Shown here piece after piece: positions 35,772-44,181 of a stretch of 64,000 nt of DNA. Every line of letters begins with the position of its first letter. Position 1 is the first letter of the stretch. Source of the stretch: an uncultured Lachnospiraceae bacterium (lineage in GTDB: Bacteria > Bacillota > Clostridia > Christensenellales > UBA1242); contig CAZYDU010000004.1 of NCBI GenBank assembly GCA_964646345.1, forward strand, positions 1,256 to 65,255. Direction: 5' to 3'. The position numbers were made by a program, and so were the translations under genes. The notes beneath the pieces are model-generated. The model was not told where the DNA came from. It ran no database searches and was given only the letters and a program-made list of their open reading frames with translations.

Positions 35772-36401
35772 ATGTTAGACAAAGTAACGCAAGTAAAACA
35801 AAACAATAAGGATTTACAAAATTATTTAAGGCTTTTGAATGATGAACAAAAAATCAAACTATGGATAAAAACCTTAATCTCCATACAATCAAATTTGCCA
35901 GAGATTATAAAAAGTGTTGATAAAATCATTGAAGTAAATGCATCATCTCTTTCATTTATCTCTGATATTTACAACACTCAAAAGGGAACTTATGCACAGG
36001 TTGAAAAAGTTATTGATTTAACCGAAAGAAAAAATAAGCTATTAAACCTATATCTCATTTCAAAAAATCTTTTAACAGGTCTTGCTGAAGACGAGCGTAC
36101 GTTTCTAAAAAGAAAATTTGTATATAACTGGACATCCGAAGAATTAGCCATAGATTACCAAATTAGCACAAGAACTGTTTTTAGACGAATCGAAAAATTA
36201 CTTGAAAAAATTTACGAATTCACAAAAAGAAAAAACTGGTCTTTAAGTTTCATAATTTCTCAAGTAAAAAACGAATCATGGATTTTTGAAAAATTCAATA
36301 AGTTTGCAAAAGACAGCATGAATATGTCTTGCGATAAACAACCACAAGACCGTTCTTTAATCAAATCAAATGAAGGAAGCGAACTTGAATTTATTGCTTG
36401 A
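35772..36401 (+). CDS. Sigma-70 region-4-like HTH transcription regulator (phage late-activator RinA/ArpU/DUF1492-like), 209 aa
   Basis: Strong SD AAAGGAGAA. The segment ERTFLKRKFVYNWTSEELAIDYQISTRTVFRRIEKLLEKI has the region-4 pattern (accessory helix, then HTH with S-x-R-T-V-x-R). I saw no region 2. It is divergent from the giant gene. Confidence 0.55.
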   Translation: MLDKVTQVKQNNKDLQNYLRLLNDEQKIKLWIKTLISIQSNLPEIIKSVDKIIEVNASSLSFISDIYNTQKGTYAQVEKVIDLTERKNKLLNLYLISKNLLTGLAEDERTFLKRKFVYNWTSEELAIDYQISTRTVFRRIEKLLEKIYEFTKRKNWSLSFIISQVKNESWIFEKFNKFAKDSMNMSCDKQPQDRSLIKSNEGSELEFIA

Positions 36402-36439
36402 TATTCACTATGAAAAATAAAAATATAAAAACCTTTTTT

Positions 36440-36579
36440 TGTCATTTGGTTTTTATTTGTGTCATTTCGAGCGGAGTGAAAAGAAGTCGAGAAATCCCCT
36501 GAATAGAACCACATGTGTCATTTCGTTTTTCCTTTTCGTGTCATTTCGAGCGGAGCGTTAGCGGAATGGAGAAATCCCC
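36440..36579 (-). repeat. Two units of the GC-rich repeat family in reverse orientation
   Basis: Unit 36440-36499 is TGTCATTTGG..TGTCATTTCGAGCGG..GTCGAGAAATCCCC. Unit 36516-36579 is TGTCATTTCG..TGTCATTTCGAGCGGAGCG..GGAGAAATCCCC. These are reverse complements of the units at 3348-3565. The cluster sits between convergent gene ends. Confidence 0.85.
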
Positions 36580-36601
36580 AAGCAAAAGACTCAAACAATT
36601 C

Positions 36602-37492
36602 CTAAAGCAATTCATCGTCATTAAAATCAATAAAGTGAGCACTAGGATTTTTATTTTTAACCAACTTCAAATTTTTATATTTTTCAATGGTTGGATTATT
36701 ATTTAAATTTTCATCATTAACAGAATTTAATTGTTGATTTTTGATATATTTTGTATTTTTCTTAAACTTTTGCACAAATTTATACAAAATAATAGCAAAA
36801 AATAAAATAATAGGAATTGCAATAATTGCGATAATAATCGTCTTGATTGTCGAAGAAATAAAAATTAATTTATCATCTAATTTATTTTCATTGGCAATAA
36901 CTTCCGGATTGGTTTCAGTGTTCGCAACAATTTCTGTTAAGTTTGTTGTATTTTCACTATAAACATAACCTTCATACACGTTTGTTGAATTTGAATCAGG
37001 GGTATAGTAAACATAATACCAAATATTACTTTCTCCACCTGAAGGCACAGAACCATAAGTATAAGCAATATAACTTATGTTTTTTGCTCCAGCACTAATA
37101 GTTGTGCATATATTTGATTTTGTTGTTGGATATTGCCATATTTGTGTTCCTGATGTTGATTTTATATCAAATGTAATGTTATCCAAAGTCTTCAAAACTG
37201 GAATAAATGTTGCAATCATCACAGTTTCTGAATCAACATAACCAATATATTTATCATACTGAACCTTAAAACAATCGTCATTTACAGTATCCAAAATTAC
37301 CATAAAATAAGTTTCAGGGATTTGAAAATAAACGTCTTCAAATCTGTCAGACATTTCTTGAGTTTTATATAAATTGCAACCAACCAATGCTTTTGCATAA
37401 GTAGACGTCTCAGACCCTTGAGCACAAGCATTTTTTGAATCAACACCATAAAAAATAATACAAATCGATAATAAAAATTTTATTAAATTCAT
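36602..37492 (-). CDS. Secreted/membrane protein: signal peptide, two SH3b-like domains, C-terminal TM helix, cytoplasmic tail (296 aa)
   Basis: Signal peptide MNLIKFLLSICIIFYGVDSKNACA. SH3b-type endings KYIGYVDSETV and YEGYVYSENT. TM helix IIIAIIAIPIILFFAIILY followed by KFVQKFKK. Confidence 0.75.
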   Translation of the reverse strand: MNLIKFLLSICIIFYGVDSKNACAQGSETSTYAKALVGCNLYKTQEMSDRFEDVYFQIPETYFMVILDTVNDDCFKVQYDKYIGYVDSETVMIATFIPVLKTLDNITFDIKSTSGTQIWQYPTTKSNICTTISAGAKNISYIAYTYGSVPSGGESNIWYYVYYTPDSNSTNVYEGYVYSENTTNLTEIVANTETNPEVIANENKLDDKLIFISSTIKTIIIAIIAIPIILFFAIILYKFVQKFKKNTKYIKNQQLNSVNDENLNNNPTIEKYKNLKLVKNKNPSAHFIDFNDDELL

Positions 37493-37578
37493 AATAAATT
37501 AATTATATTTCAAATATTTTTAAATAAAAATGCGTTTTTTGTCTAAATATATACAATTATAAAATATTAAAAATTTTT

Positions 37579-39000
37579 ATGAAAAAACAAAATATAATCA
37601 AACTCAATTCTATTTATAAAGAAATAAAACGTAGAAATATTTTACCACTAAAAAATTATAATTCCGGCAAAATTATCCATAAAAAACAATTAGAATTTCA
37701 CAAATCTTTAAAAAGAAATCGTTGGGTTTTTGGTGGAAACAGAACTGGCAAAACAGAATGTGGAGCAATAGAAACAATTTGGCTTACACTTGGAATACAC
37801 CCCTTTAGACCAAATAAACAAACAAGCGAATGTTGGGTTGTAAGCTTATCTCAAAGAGTGCAAAAAGAAGTCGCCCAATCAAAAATATTAAAATACTTAC
37901 CAAAAAATTCAATAAAAGAAATCATCATGACATCCGGTAAAAAATCAGATGCCGAAAATGGAATTATTGAGTGTATTATAACTAATAACATTTTTGGTAA
38001 CACAAGCAAAATTTGGTTTAAATCTTGCGAAGAAGGCAGGGAAAAATTTCAAGGAGCAAGTCTTGATTTTGTTTGGTTTGACGAAGAACCACCTGAAGAC
38101 ATATACAACGAATGCAAAATGAGAGTACTTGATAAGTCAGGCGAAATTTTTGGAACAATGACACCACTAAAAGGCTTAACTTTTATCTATAATCAAATAT
38201 ATCTAAACGAATCTCAAGACCCTGAAGTATTTTATTTATTTATGAGTTGGGAAGATAATCCCTTTTTAAATAAAAAAGAAATAGAAAGACTTACCCTTAC
38301 AATGTCCGAAGATGAAATCGAAAGCAGGAAATATGGTAGATTTTCTGCAAAAGACCTTGGTTTAATTTACACAGAATTTGACACAAACATTCATGTAATC
38401 GAACCATTTGAAATTGACAAAGATTGGCAAGACACTTTATCAATCGACCCAGGCTTAAATAACCCACTTTCTTGCCATTGGTATGCACGAGACTATGACG
38501 GAAATGTTTATGTTATAGCAGAACATTTTGCTGAAAACAAAACTATTGAATATCATGCTCAAAAAATAAAAGAAATATCCAAAAAACTAAATTGGAAAAG
38601 AGCAAGCAATGGCATGATTGAATCATTGATTGATAGTGCTTCAAATCAAAGAACATTGGCTTCGCAAAAAAGCGTAACAGATTTATTTTACGATAATGAA
38701 ATACTTGTAAACCCAAATGTAAACAAAGATGTTTTATCAGGAATTTCAAAAGTAAAAACATATCTTAAAAATATTGAAGGTAAAACACGGATTTATATTT
38801 TTTCTTGCTGTGTAAATTTAATTCAAGAATTAAAAACATATCGTTGGAACGGTCAAGGTATGCCCGTAAAAAAAGACGACCATTGCTTAGATGAACTTAG
38901 ATACTACATCATGAGTTTACATGAAAATCAAAAAATTGAACACAAAACAGAAATCCAAAAACACAAGGAAAGGTTATTTAAACAATTAATGAGAAAGTAA
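37579..39000 (+). CDS. terL: Phage terminase large subunit
   Basis: Walker A FGGNRTGKTE, Walker B LDFVWFDEEP, a C-terminal nuclease-like half containing DDHCLDELRY, and a size of 473 aa. It sits upstream of the portal gene. Confidence 0.85.
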   Translation: MKKQNIIKLNSIYKEIKRRNILPLKNYNSGKIIHKKQLEFHKSLKRNRWVFGGNRTGKTECGAIETIWLTLGIHPFRPNKQTSECWVVSLSQRVQKEVAQSKILKYLPKNSIKEIIMTSGKKSDAENGIIECIITNNIFGNTSKIWFKSCEEGREKFQGASLDFVWFDEEPPEDIYNECKMRVLDKSGEIFGTMTPLKGLTFIYNQIYLNESQDPEVFYLFMSWEDNPFLNKKEIERLTLTMSEDEIESRKYGRFSAKDLGLIYTEFDTNIHVIEPFEIDKDWQDTLSIDPGLNNPLSCHWYARDYDGNVYVIAEHFAENKTIEYHAQKIKEISKKLNWKRASNGMIESLIDSASNQRTLASQKSVTDLFYDNEILVNPNVNKDVLSGISKVKTYLKNIEGKTRIYIFSCCVNLIQELKTYRWNGQGMPVKKDDHCLDELRYYIMSLHENQKIEHKTEIQKHKERLFKQLMRK

Positions 39001-39416
39001 TGAACGATAAAAAAATATATGATGAATTAATTTCAATTCTTCTTAAAAAAGCTAACGGGTTTTATTATACTGAAGAACAAGAAGAATACGAAAAAACGCA
39101 AAACAAATCCAAATTTTCCGAAATATGCAATAACAATATTTCTTTTTTTGACAAAAGTGACACACTTGAAACCAATAATATAACACATAGTGATACAATT
39201 AAATCAGATAATGAAAATAAAAAAGAAAACCAATCTCTTGTTTTGGTTAAGAGAAAAATTACCACGCACTATATTCCGCCTGATATGCTCGCTGTTAAAA
39301 TTTTGTTTGAAACTATTAAGGAAAAGGTGAATGAAGATGACTTAAATAAATTATCAGATGAAGATTTAATAAAATTAAAAGACAAATTACTTGGAGAATT
39401 AAACAATGAAAATTAA
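39000..39416 (+). CDS. Hypothetical phage protein resembling the C-terminal half of small-terminase proteins, without an N-terminal HTH
   Basis: KANGFYYTEEQEEYE...KRKITTHYIPPDMLAVKILFE resembles the TerS segment aLGyeYeEv...KttKyvPpDvtAqifwLkN as I recall it. The start overlaps the terL stop (TAATG). Confidence 0.4.
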   Translation: MNDKKIYDELISILLKKANGFYYTEEQEEYEKTQNKSKFSEICNNNISFFDKSDTLETNNITHSDTIKSDNENKKENQSLVLVKRKITTHYIPPDMLAVKILFETIKEKVNEDDLNKLSDEDLIKLKDKLLGELNNEN

Positions 39417-39582
39417 TAAGATTAATAAATACTTAAAGTGTGATTCGATTTTATGCTTTAATAATGCTAGTTTTGAGATTTTAGCAGACAGCTATAAAGG
39501 CAATCAATATTTATGCAATGATTGTTTCAAAAAATATCAAAAATTATTCAAGGATACAAAGAAGGAAAATGAAGACAAATAA
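39406..39582 (+). CDS. Candidate 58-aa zinc-ribbon protein (below the ORF-track size cutoff)
   Basis: Translation: MKINKINKYLKCDSILCFNNASFEILADSYKGNQYLCNDCFKKYQKLFKDTKKENEDK, with the pattern C-x4-C...C-x2-C. It overlaps the upstream stop by 11 nt and the portal start by 14 nt. Confidence 0.35.
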   Translation: MKINKINKYLKCDSILCFNNASFEILADSYKGNQYLCNDCFKKYQKLFKDTKKENEDK

Positions 39583-41416
39583 TGAAAAATATTTCTATAG
39601 TAAAGATGAAGATAAAGTCATTGTAGATTTTGTTACAAACGACTTCAAAGAAAAACAATTAGCTAGACGAAATTTTGAATTAATATGGGAACTAAATATG
39701 AATTTCTATATTGGAAATCAGTATAGCTACATAACACCATCTGGTTTTATCTCAGATATAGAAAAAAATTACACTTGGGAAAATAGAGAAGTTTACAACC
39801 ACATCGCACCAATAATTGAAAGCAGATTATCAAAACTAAACAAAATTAAACCAAGCTTAGAAATCAAACCATGCAACAATACCGACACAGACAATTATAA
39901 AGCAAAACTTGCAAAAGCTATTCTCTTATCAAATTTTACTGAAAATAATTTAGAAAACTTAATTAATACCGCAACCGCATGGAGTGAAATTACTGGTACA
40001 AGTTTTTATAAAATTTCTTGGGATAATATTGAAAATAATGAAAGTAATAGTTCTCAATCTGGAGATGCTAAAATTTCAGTATGCACGCCTTTCGAAATTT
40101 ATCCTGACTCAAACTTTATTGAAGATATTGAAGAATGTAATTCAGTTATAGAAACAAGAGCTTTTCCCGCAAGTCAAATTAATCAAGAATGGGGAGTTAA
40201 TCTTGCTGGCGAAGATATAAATTTATTTAATCTCAATAATTCTGCATCAATTTCAAATCTCTCAGGTCGAAGCAATTTCACAAAGGTAACACACGATACA
40301 AATCATGATTATTTATTGTTAATTGAACGCTATGAAAAACCTACAACTAAACACCCAAATGGAAAGCTTACAATAATTTGCAAAGATAAGCTTCTTTATG
40401 ATGGAGACATGCCATACGTTAATGGCAACAAAAATACAAGAACATATCCATTTATAAAACAAGTTTCTTCTAAACAACTTTCTTGTTTTTGGGGAACAAG
40501 TATTATCGAAAGATGCATTCCAATTCAAAAAAGTTACAATGCTTTAAAAAATAGAAAACATGAATTTTTAACAAGACTCACAACTGGAGTGTTAACAGTT
40601 GAAGATGGCTCAGTCGATATAGATAATTTAGAAAACAACGGAATTGAACCTGGAAAAATTATTATTTATCGAAATGGTTCAACTCCACCAAAATTTCTTG
40701 ACCCCGGAAAAGTTCCTGAAGATTTCGAAAAAGAAGAAATCCGACTTTTATCTGAATTAAACAGTTTAGCAAGTGTTAGTGAAGTTACAACAAATGCAAG
40801 TGTACCAACAGGAGTTAACAGTGCAACAGCACTTTCGCTTTTAATGGAACAAGATGAAACAAGACTATCAACCATCGCCGAAGAAATTAGAACATCAATC
40901 AAAAAAATCAGTTATCAAGTTTTAAGACTTTACAAACAATTCTCAAACAATATTAGACTCAATAAAATAACTGACGGAAATGGTGCACTAGAAATTTTCT
41001 ACTGGACAAAAAACGACATAAGTTCTGACGATATTATTATTGACACAACAAACACATTAGATGAAACCAATACTAGCAAAAAAGAAATTATATTATCATT
41101 ACTTGACAAGGGATTATTTTCAAACCAAGACGGAAATATTACAAACCAAACAAAAGAAAAAATACTTTCATATCTCGGATTTGAAAACTGGTGTTCATTT
41201 GATGAACTAGGGGAATTACACAAAAAACGTGCCGAAAAAGAAAATATAAAATTAATCAAACTCGAAGACCCGCTAGATGTTGACGATGACAAAATTCACA
41301 TTGAACAACACACAAAATATTTAATTAGCGATAATAAATCAAATGATTCAAAATTTATCACTTCACTAGTTAAACATATTCAAAAACACAAAGAAAGATT
41401 AAACAAGGATAGGTAA
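39569..41416 (+). CDS. Phage portal protein (615 aa from the internal start)
   Basis: Called from its position after the terminase and before scaffold/capsid, and from its size. The ATG at 39569 is preceded by AAGAAGGAAA, whereas the track start at 39518 has no SD. Confidence 0.7.
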   Translation: MKTNNEKYFYSKDEDKVIVDFVTNDFKEKQLARRNFELIWELNMNFYIGNQYSYITPSGFISDIEKNYTWENREVYNHIAPIIESRLSKLNKIKPSLEIKPCNNTDTDNYKAKLAKAILLSNFTENNLENLINTATAWSEITGTSFYKISWDNIENNESNSSQSGDAKISVCTPFEIYPDSNFIEDIEECNSVIETRAFPASQINQEWGVNLAGEDINLFNLNNSASISNLSGRSNFTKVTHDTNHDYLLLIERYEKPTTKHPNGKLTIICKDKLLYDGDMPYVNGNKNTRTYPFIKQVSSKQLSCFWGTSIIERCIPIQKSYNALKNRKHEFLTRLTTGVLTVEDGSVDIDNLENNGIEPGKIIIYRNGSTPPKFLDPGKVPEDFEKEEIRLLSELNSLASVSEVTTNASVPTGVNSATALSLLMEQDETRLSTIAEEIRTSIKKISYQVLRLYKQFSNNIRLNKITDGNGALEIFYWTKNDISSDDIIIDTTNTLDETNTSKKEIILSLLDKGLFSNQDGNITNQTKEKILSYLGFENWCSFDELGELHKKRAEKENIKLIKLEDPLDVDDDKIHIEQHTKYLISDNKSNDSKFITSLVKHIQKHKERLNKDR

Positions 41417-41421
41417 TAAAA

Positions 41422-42000
41422 ATGGAAAATGAAATTATAGAACAACTAGAAGCTGAACCTGAAAACAATTCAGTAAACAGTGAAAGCTCTATGTATGGGA
41501 AGTTTAAAGATGCACAAACTTTACTGGAAGCATACAATTCTTTACAAGCAGAATTTACTAGAAAAAGTCAAAAATTGGCAGAATTTCAGAAAAAAGAAGA
41601 AGAAAATGCGATTTTTTCTAACAATGATTCACTTGAAAACATCTTAAATGATACAGTTGATAAAGAAAAATATAAAAAGGAAGTCACGGAGATTTTAGAA
41701 AATAACAATGATTTATCTAATCTGCCAAATAAAAATCAAATTGCATTTAAGATTATTAAAGAAGCCGAACGTAAAACTGCTGAAAACTTAAACAACCAAG
41801 ATTATGTTGATAAATATATTGAATCAAACGAAAAAATCAAAGAAAAAATCATATCAAATTATTTATCATCATTAAATAATGTTTCAACTGCACCCAAAGT
41901 TATTTCGGGCAATTCGTCAAATATTTATTTTTCACCTAGTTTAGAATTACCAAAAACTTTAAAAGATGCGGGAGAAATTTTAACAAAAATGCTTAAATAG
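41422..42000 (+). CDS. Head scaffolding protein
   Basis: 192 aa, acidic and helical/coiled-coil. It has the motif GKFKDAQTLLEAYNSLQAEFTRKSQKLAE, which is typical of phage scaffold N-termini, and it sits between portal and capsid. Confidence 0.6.
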   Translation: MENEIIEQLEAEPENNSVNSESSMYGKFKDAQTLLEAYNSLQAEFTRKSQKLAEFQKKEEENAIFSNNDSLENILNDTVDKEKYKKEVTEILENNNDLSNLPNKNQIAFKIIKEAERKTAENLNNQDYVDKYIESNEKIKEKIISNYLSSLNNVSTAPKVISGNSSNIYFSPSLELPKTLKDAGEILTKMLK

Positions 42001-42008
42001 GAGAATAA

Positions 42009-43190
42009 ATGGTTACATTAACTACAGCAAATAACGCACTAAAAGAAGTATATCTTGGAGTACTATCAAACCAACTAAACACTTCAATCAATCCATTATT
42101 AACAAGAATTAACCAAACAACATCCGATGTTTGGGGTAAACAAATTAGAAAAGTTGCACCTTATGGAATTAATGGTGGAATTGGTGCTGGCACTGAAGAT
42201 GGAGACCTTCCACATTCAGCACAAAACAATTACGAACAATTTGTACTTGATTTAAAGAATCTTTATGGCAAACTTGAAATTTCAGATAAAGCCATAAGAG
42301 CATCAGAAAATTCAGCCGGAGCATTCGTTAACTTGCTCACAGCAGAAATGGAAGGTCTAATCAAAGCAAGTTCCTTTAATTTCGGAAGAATGCTTTATGG
42401 TGACGGAAGCGGAACATTAGCAAATATCACAGAAAACGGAACAAACAACGTCACAGTTGATTCAACAAAAAATTTAATTGAAGGCTTGGTTGTAGATATC
42501 GTTTCAACAGGCGGTTCAGTTGCAAAGAGTGGATTAAGAATCACATCAATCGACCAAACCAATAAAATCGTAACTTTATCCGGTGCAAATTTTACAGCTA
42601 GCGATTATAAAACAGGATACATTCTTTGTGTGCAAGGTTCTTACGGCCTTGAAATAACAGGCTTAGGTGCAATCTTTAATTCAACATCAGATATTTACGG
42701 GCTAAGCAGAGACTCACATAAATGGTTAGTTCCATACATGAAAGATATTACAGGTACATCAACAAAAACAAATATAACAGATATTATAATTCAAAATGCA
42801 ATCGATGATTTGGAAGAATCAGCCGATAGTAAAGTTGATTTCATTGTTTGTTCATCGGGAGTTAAAAGAAATTATCAAAGCTACCTAGCTTCCTACAGGT
42901 CAAATGTTAATGTATTAGAACTTGAAGGTGGTTTTAAGGCAATTTCATATAACGGTATACCTTTAATTTCTGATAAATTTGCACCATCAAATACAATGTA
43001 TTTGTTAAATACAAATGAATTTAACTTACATCAATTATGCGACTGGAAATGGCTTGAAGGTGAAGATGGCAGGGTTATTCGTCAAACACTTGGCAAACCA
43101 ACTTATCAAGCAACACTTGTTAAATATGCAGATATTATTTGCAATAAACCACGTGGTCAAGCAATGATTACAGGTATTGCAGAATCATAA
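42009..43190 (+). CDS. Phage major capsid protein
   Basis: 393 aa, immediately after the scaffold gene with SD TAGGAGAA. Gly/Ala/Thr-rich, unlike its neighbours. Followed by a strong hairpin. The fold class was not determined. Confidence 0.7.
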   Translation: MVTLTTANNALKEVYLGVLSNQLNTSINPLLTRINQTTSDVWGKQIRKVAPYGINGGIGAGTEDGDLPHSAQNNYEQFVLDLKNLYGKLEISDKAIRASENSAGAFVNLLTAEMEGLIKASSFNFGRMLYGDGSGTLANITENGTNNVTVDSTKNLIEGLVVDIVSTGGSVAKSGLRITSIDQTNKIVTLSGANFTASDYKTGYILCVQGSYGLEITGLGAIFNSTSDIYGLSRDSHKWLVPYMKDITGTSTKTNITDIIIQNAIDDLEESADSKVDFIVCSSGVKRNYQSYLASYRSNVNVLELEGGFKAISYNGIPLISDKFAPSNTMYLLNTNEFNLHQLCDWKWLEGEDGRVIRQTLGKPTYQATLVKYADIICNKPRGQAMITGIAES

Positions 43191-43193
43191 CAT

Positions 43194-43220
43194 AAATCCA
43201 CACTAATTTAGTGTGGATTT
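43194..43220 (+). terminator. Perfect 10-bp hairpin directly after the capsid gene (partial terminator or RNA stabiliser)
   Basis: AAATCCACAC (43194-43203), loop TAATTTA, GTGTGGATTT (43211-43220), followed by only a weak U tract (ATTC). Confidence 0.5.
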
Positions 43221-43237
43221 ATTCAAAAGGAAAGAAT

Positions 43238-43630
43238 ATGATATTTAATAATCTATACTTTAAAAAATGTAAAGATATGTTTAATCTATATAATGTAATT
43301 CAAAAAATTAATCCAGGATTTAGGTTATATTTTAATACAAAAAATAAAAAATATGTCATCGTCAATATTTACAAAAATAACGAAATTTGTAAGACTTTTG
43401 ATACATTTTTAGAAAATATTGAAAACAATTTGCGTTTTTCTAATATTACAAATTACAATTACATTATTAAATACATTGAAGATTTTAATCAAAAAATCAA
43501 TTCAAAAAATAAAATAAATTCAATCAGCAAATCTAATTTTTTAGCTAAAGAATTATTAAAATTTTCTAATCATTCCAAAACAATAAATAATAGTGATATA
43601 AATAAAATAATCGGAGCAACGCAATGTTAA
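43238..43630 (+). CDS. Hypothetical protein (130 aa from the internal start)
   Basis: SD AAAGGAAAG lies before the ATG at 43238. The track start at 43211 lies inside the hairpin arm. N/K/I-rich; no family recognised. Confidence 0.5.
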   Translation: MIFNNLYFKKCKDMFNLYNVIQKINPGFRLYFNTKNKKYVIVNIYKNNEICKTFDTFLENIENNLRFSNITNYNYIIKYIEDFNQKINSKNKINSISKSNFLAKELLKFSNHSKTINNSDINKIIGATQC

Positions 43631-44181
43631 AAGATATTTTATTACAAACATCAGAACTTATAAACAGAGATGATTTGATTGATGCATTAAATGATAGCAA
43701 TCAAACACAATCAACTCAAAATGATATACTAAGACTTATAAGTTATTACAATTACACAATAGAAACTTTGTGTGAAAATTATTTCAATATACAAAACACA
43801 CAATCAATCATTTCAGACAAAAACCGTAAAATCCATTATCTAAATTTCAATTTTGAACCAAATAAAATTTTAACAGTAACAAAAAATCATAAACCAATTT
43901 TCTTTTCAGATTATTCAAAATATATTTTAGTTCCTGAAGCAAACACATGCTATGAGATTACTTATAAATATACACCAAATAAGATAACAAACTTGACAGA
44001 TAACACACATCTACCTAAAGGTGTTTCACAAAAACTTGTTTGTTATGGAATTGCAAGTCAGTTTATGGCATGCAAAAATCAAATATCACAAGCAGAATAT
44101 TGGAACAATAAATTCATGTTAGAAATATTCAAATCAAAAACAACAAAAGATAGAAAACTAAAACAAACCATACGTATATGA
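43624..44181 (+). CDS. Hypothetical protein; by position a possible head completion/adaptor protein (185 aa)
   Basis: Overlaps the upstream stop (ATGTTAA) and the downstream start (ATGA). The function is assigned from position only. Confidence 0.45.
   Translation: MLKDILLQTSELINRDDLIDALNDSNQTQSTQNDILRLISYYNYTIETLCENYFNIQNTQSIISDKNRKIHYLNFNFEPNKILTVTKNHKPIFFSDYSKYILVPEANTCYEITYKYTPNKITNLTDNTHLPKGVSQKLVCYGIASQFMACKNQISQAEYWNNKFMLEIFKSKTTKDRKLKQTIRI

Noticed and set aside
35713-35778. A 21-codon mini-ORF (MKLQVKITAMQLAYFQRRILC) in the regulator leader as a possible leader peptide
   Set aside because: It has no SD and overlaps the SD and start of the regulator. Short ORFs of this size are expected by chance. 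The inverted repeat it spans is the more defensible feature.
36260-36706. ORFs 36260-36514 (-) and 36515-36706 (+), and likewise 60783-60989 (-)
   Set aside because: They are generated by the GC-rich intergenic repeat units (translations such as CHFERS..MEKSP). They lack SDs and overlap convergent gene ends.
36602-37492. The SH3b-TM protein next to terL as the missing phage endolysin
   Set aside because: It has only a signal peptide, SH3b-like binding modules and a TM anchor. No amidase, lysozyme, CHAP or peptidase catalytic motif is visible. It is on the opposite strand from the operon.
39518-39568. Longer starts for portal (39518), the post-capsid ORF (43211) and the membrane protein (1014)
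   Set aside because: In each case an internal ATG is preceded by a good SD while the upstream ATG is not. For 43211 the upstream start lies inside the hairpin arm.
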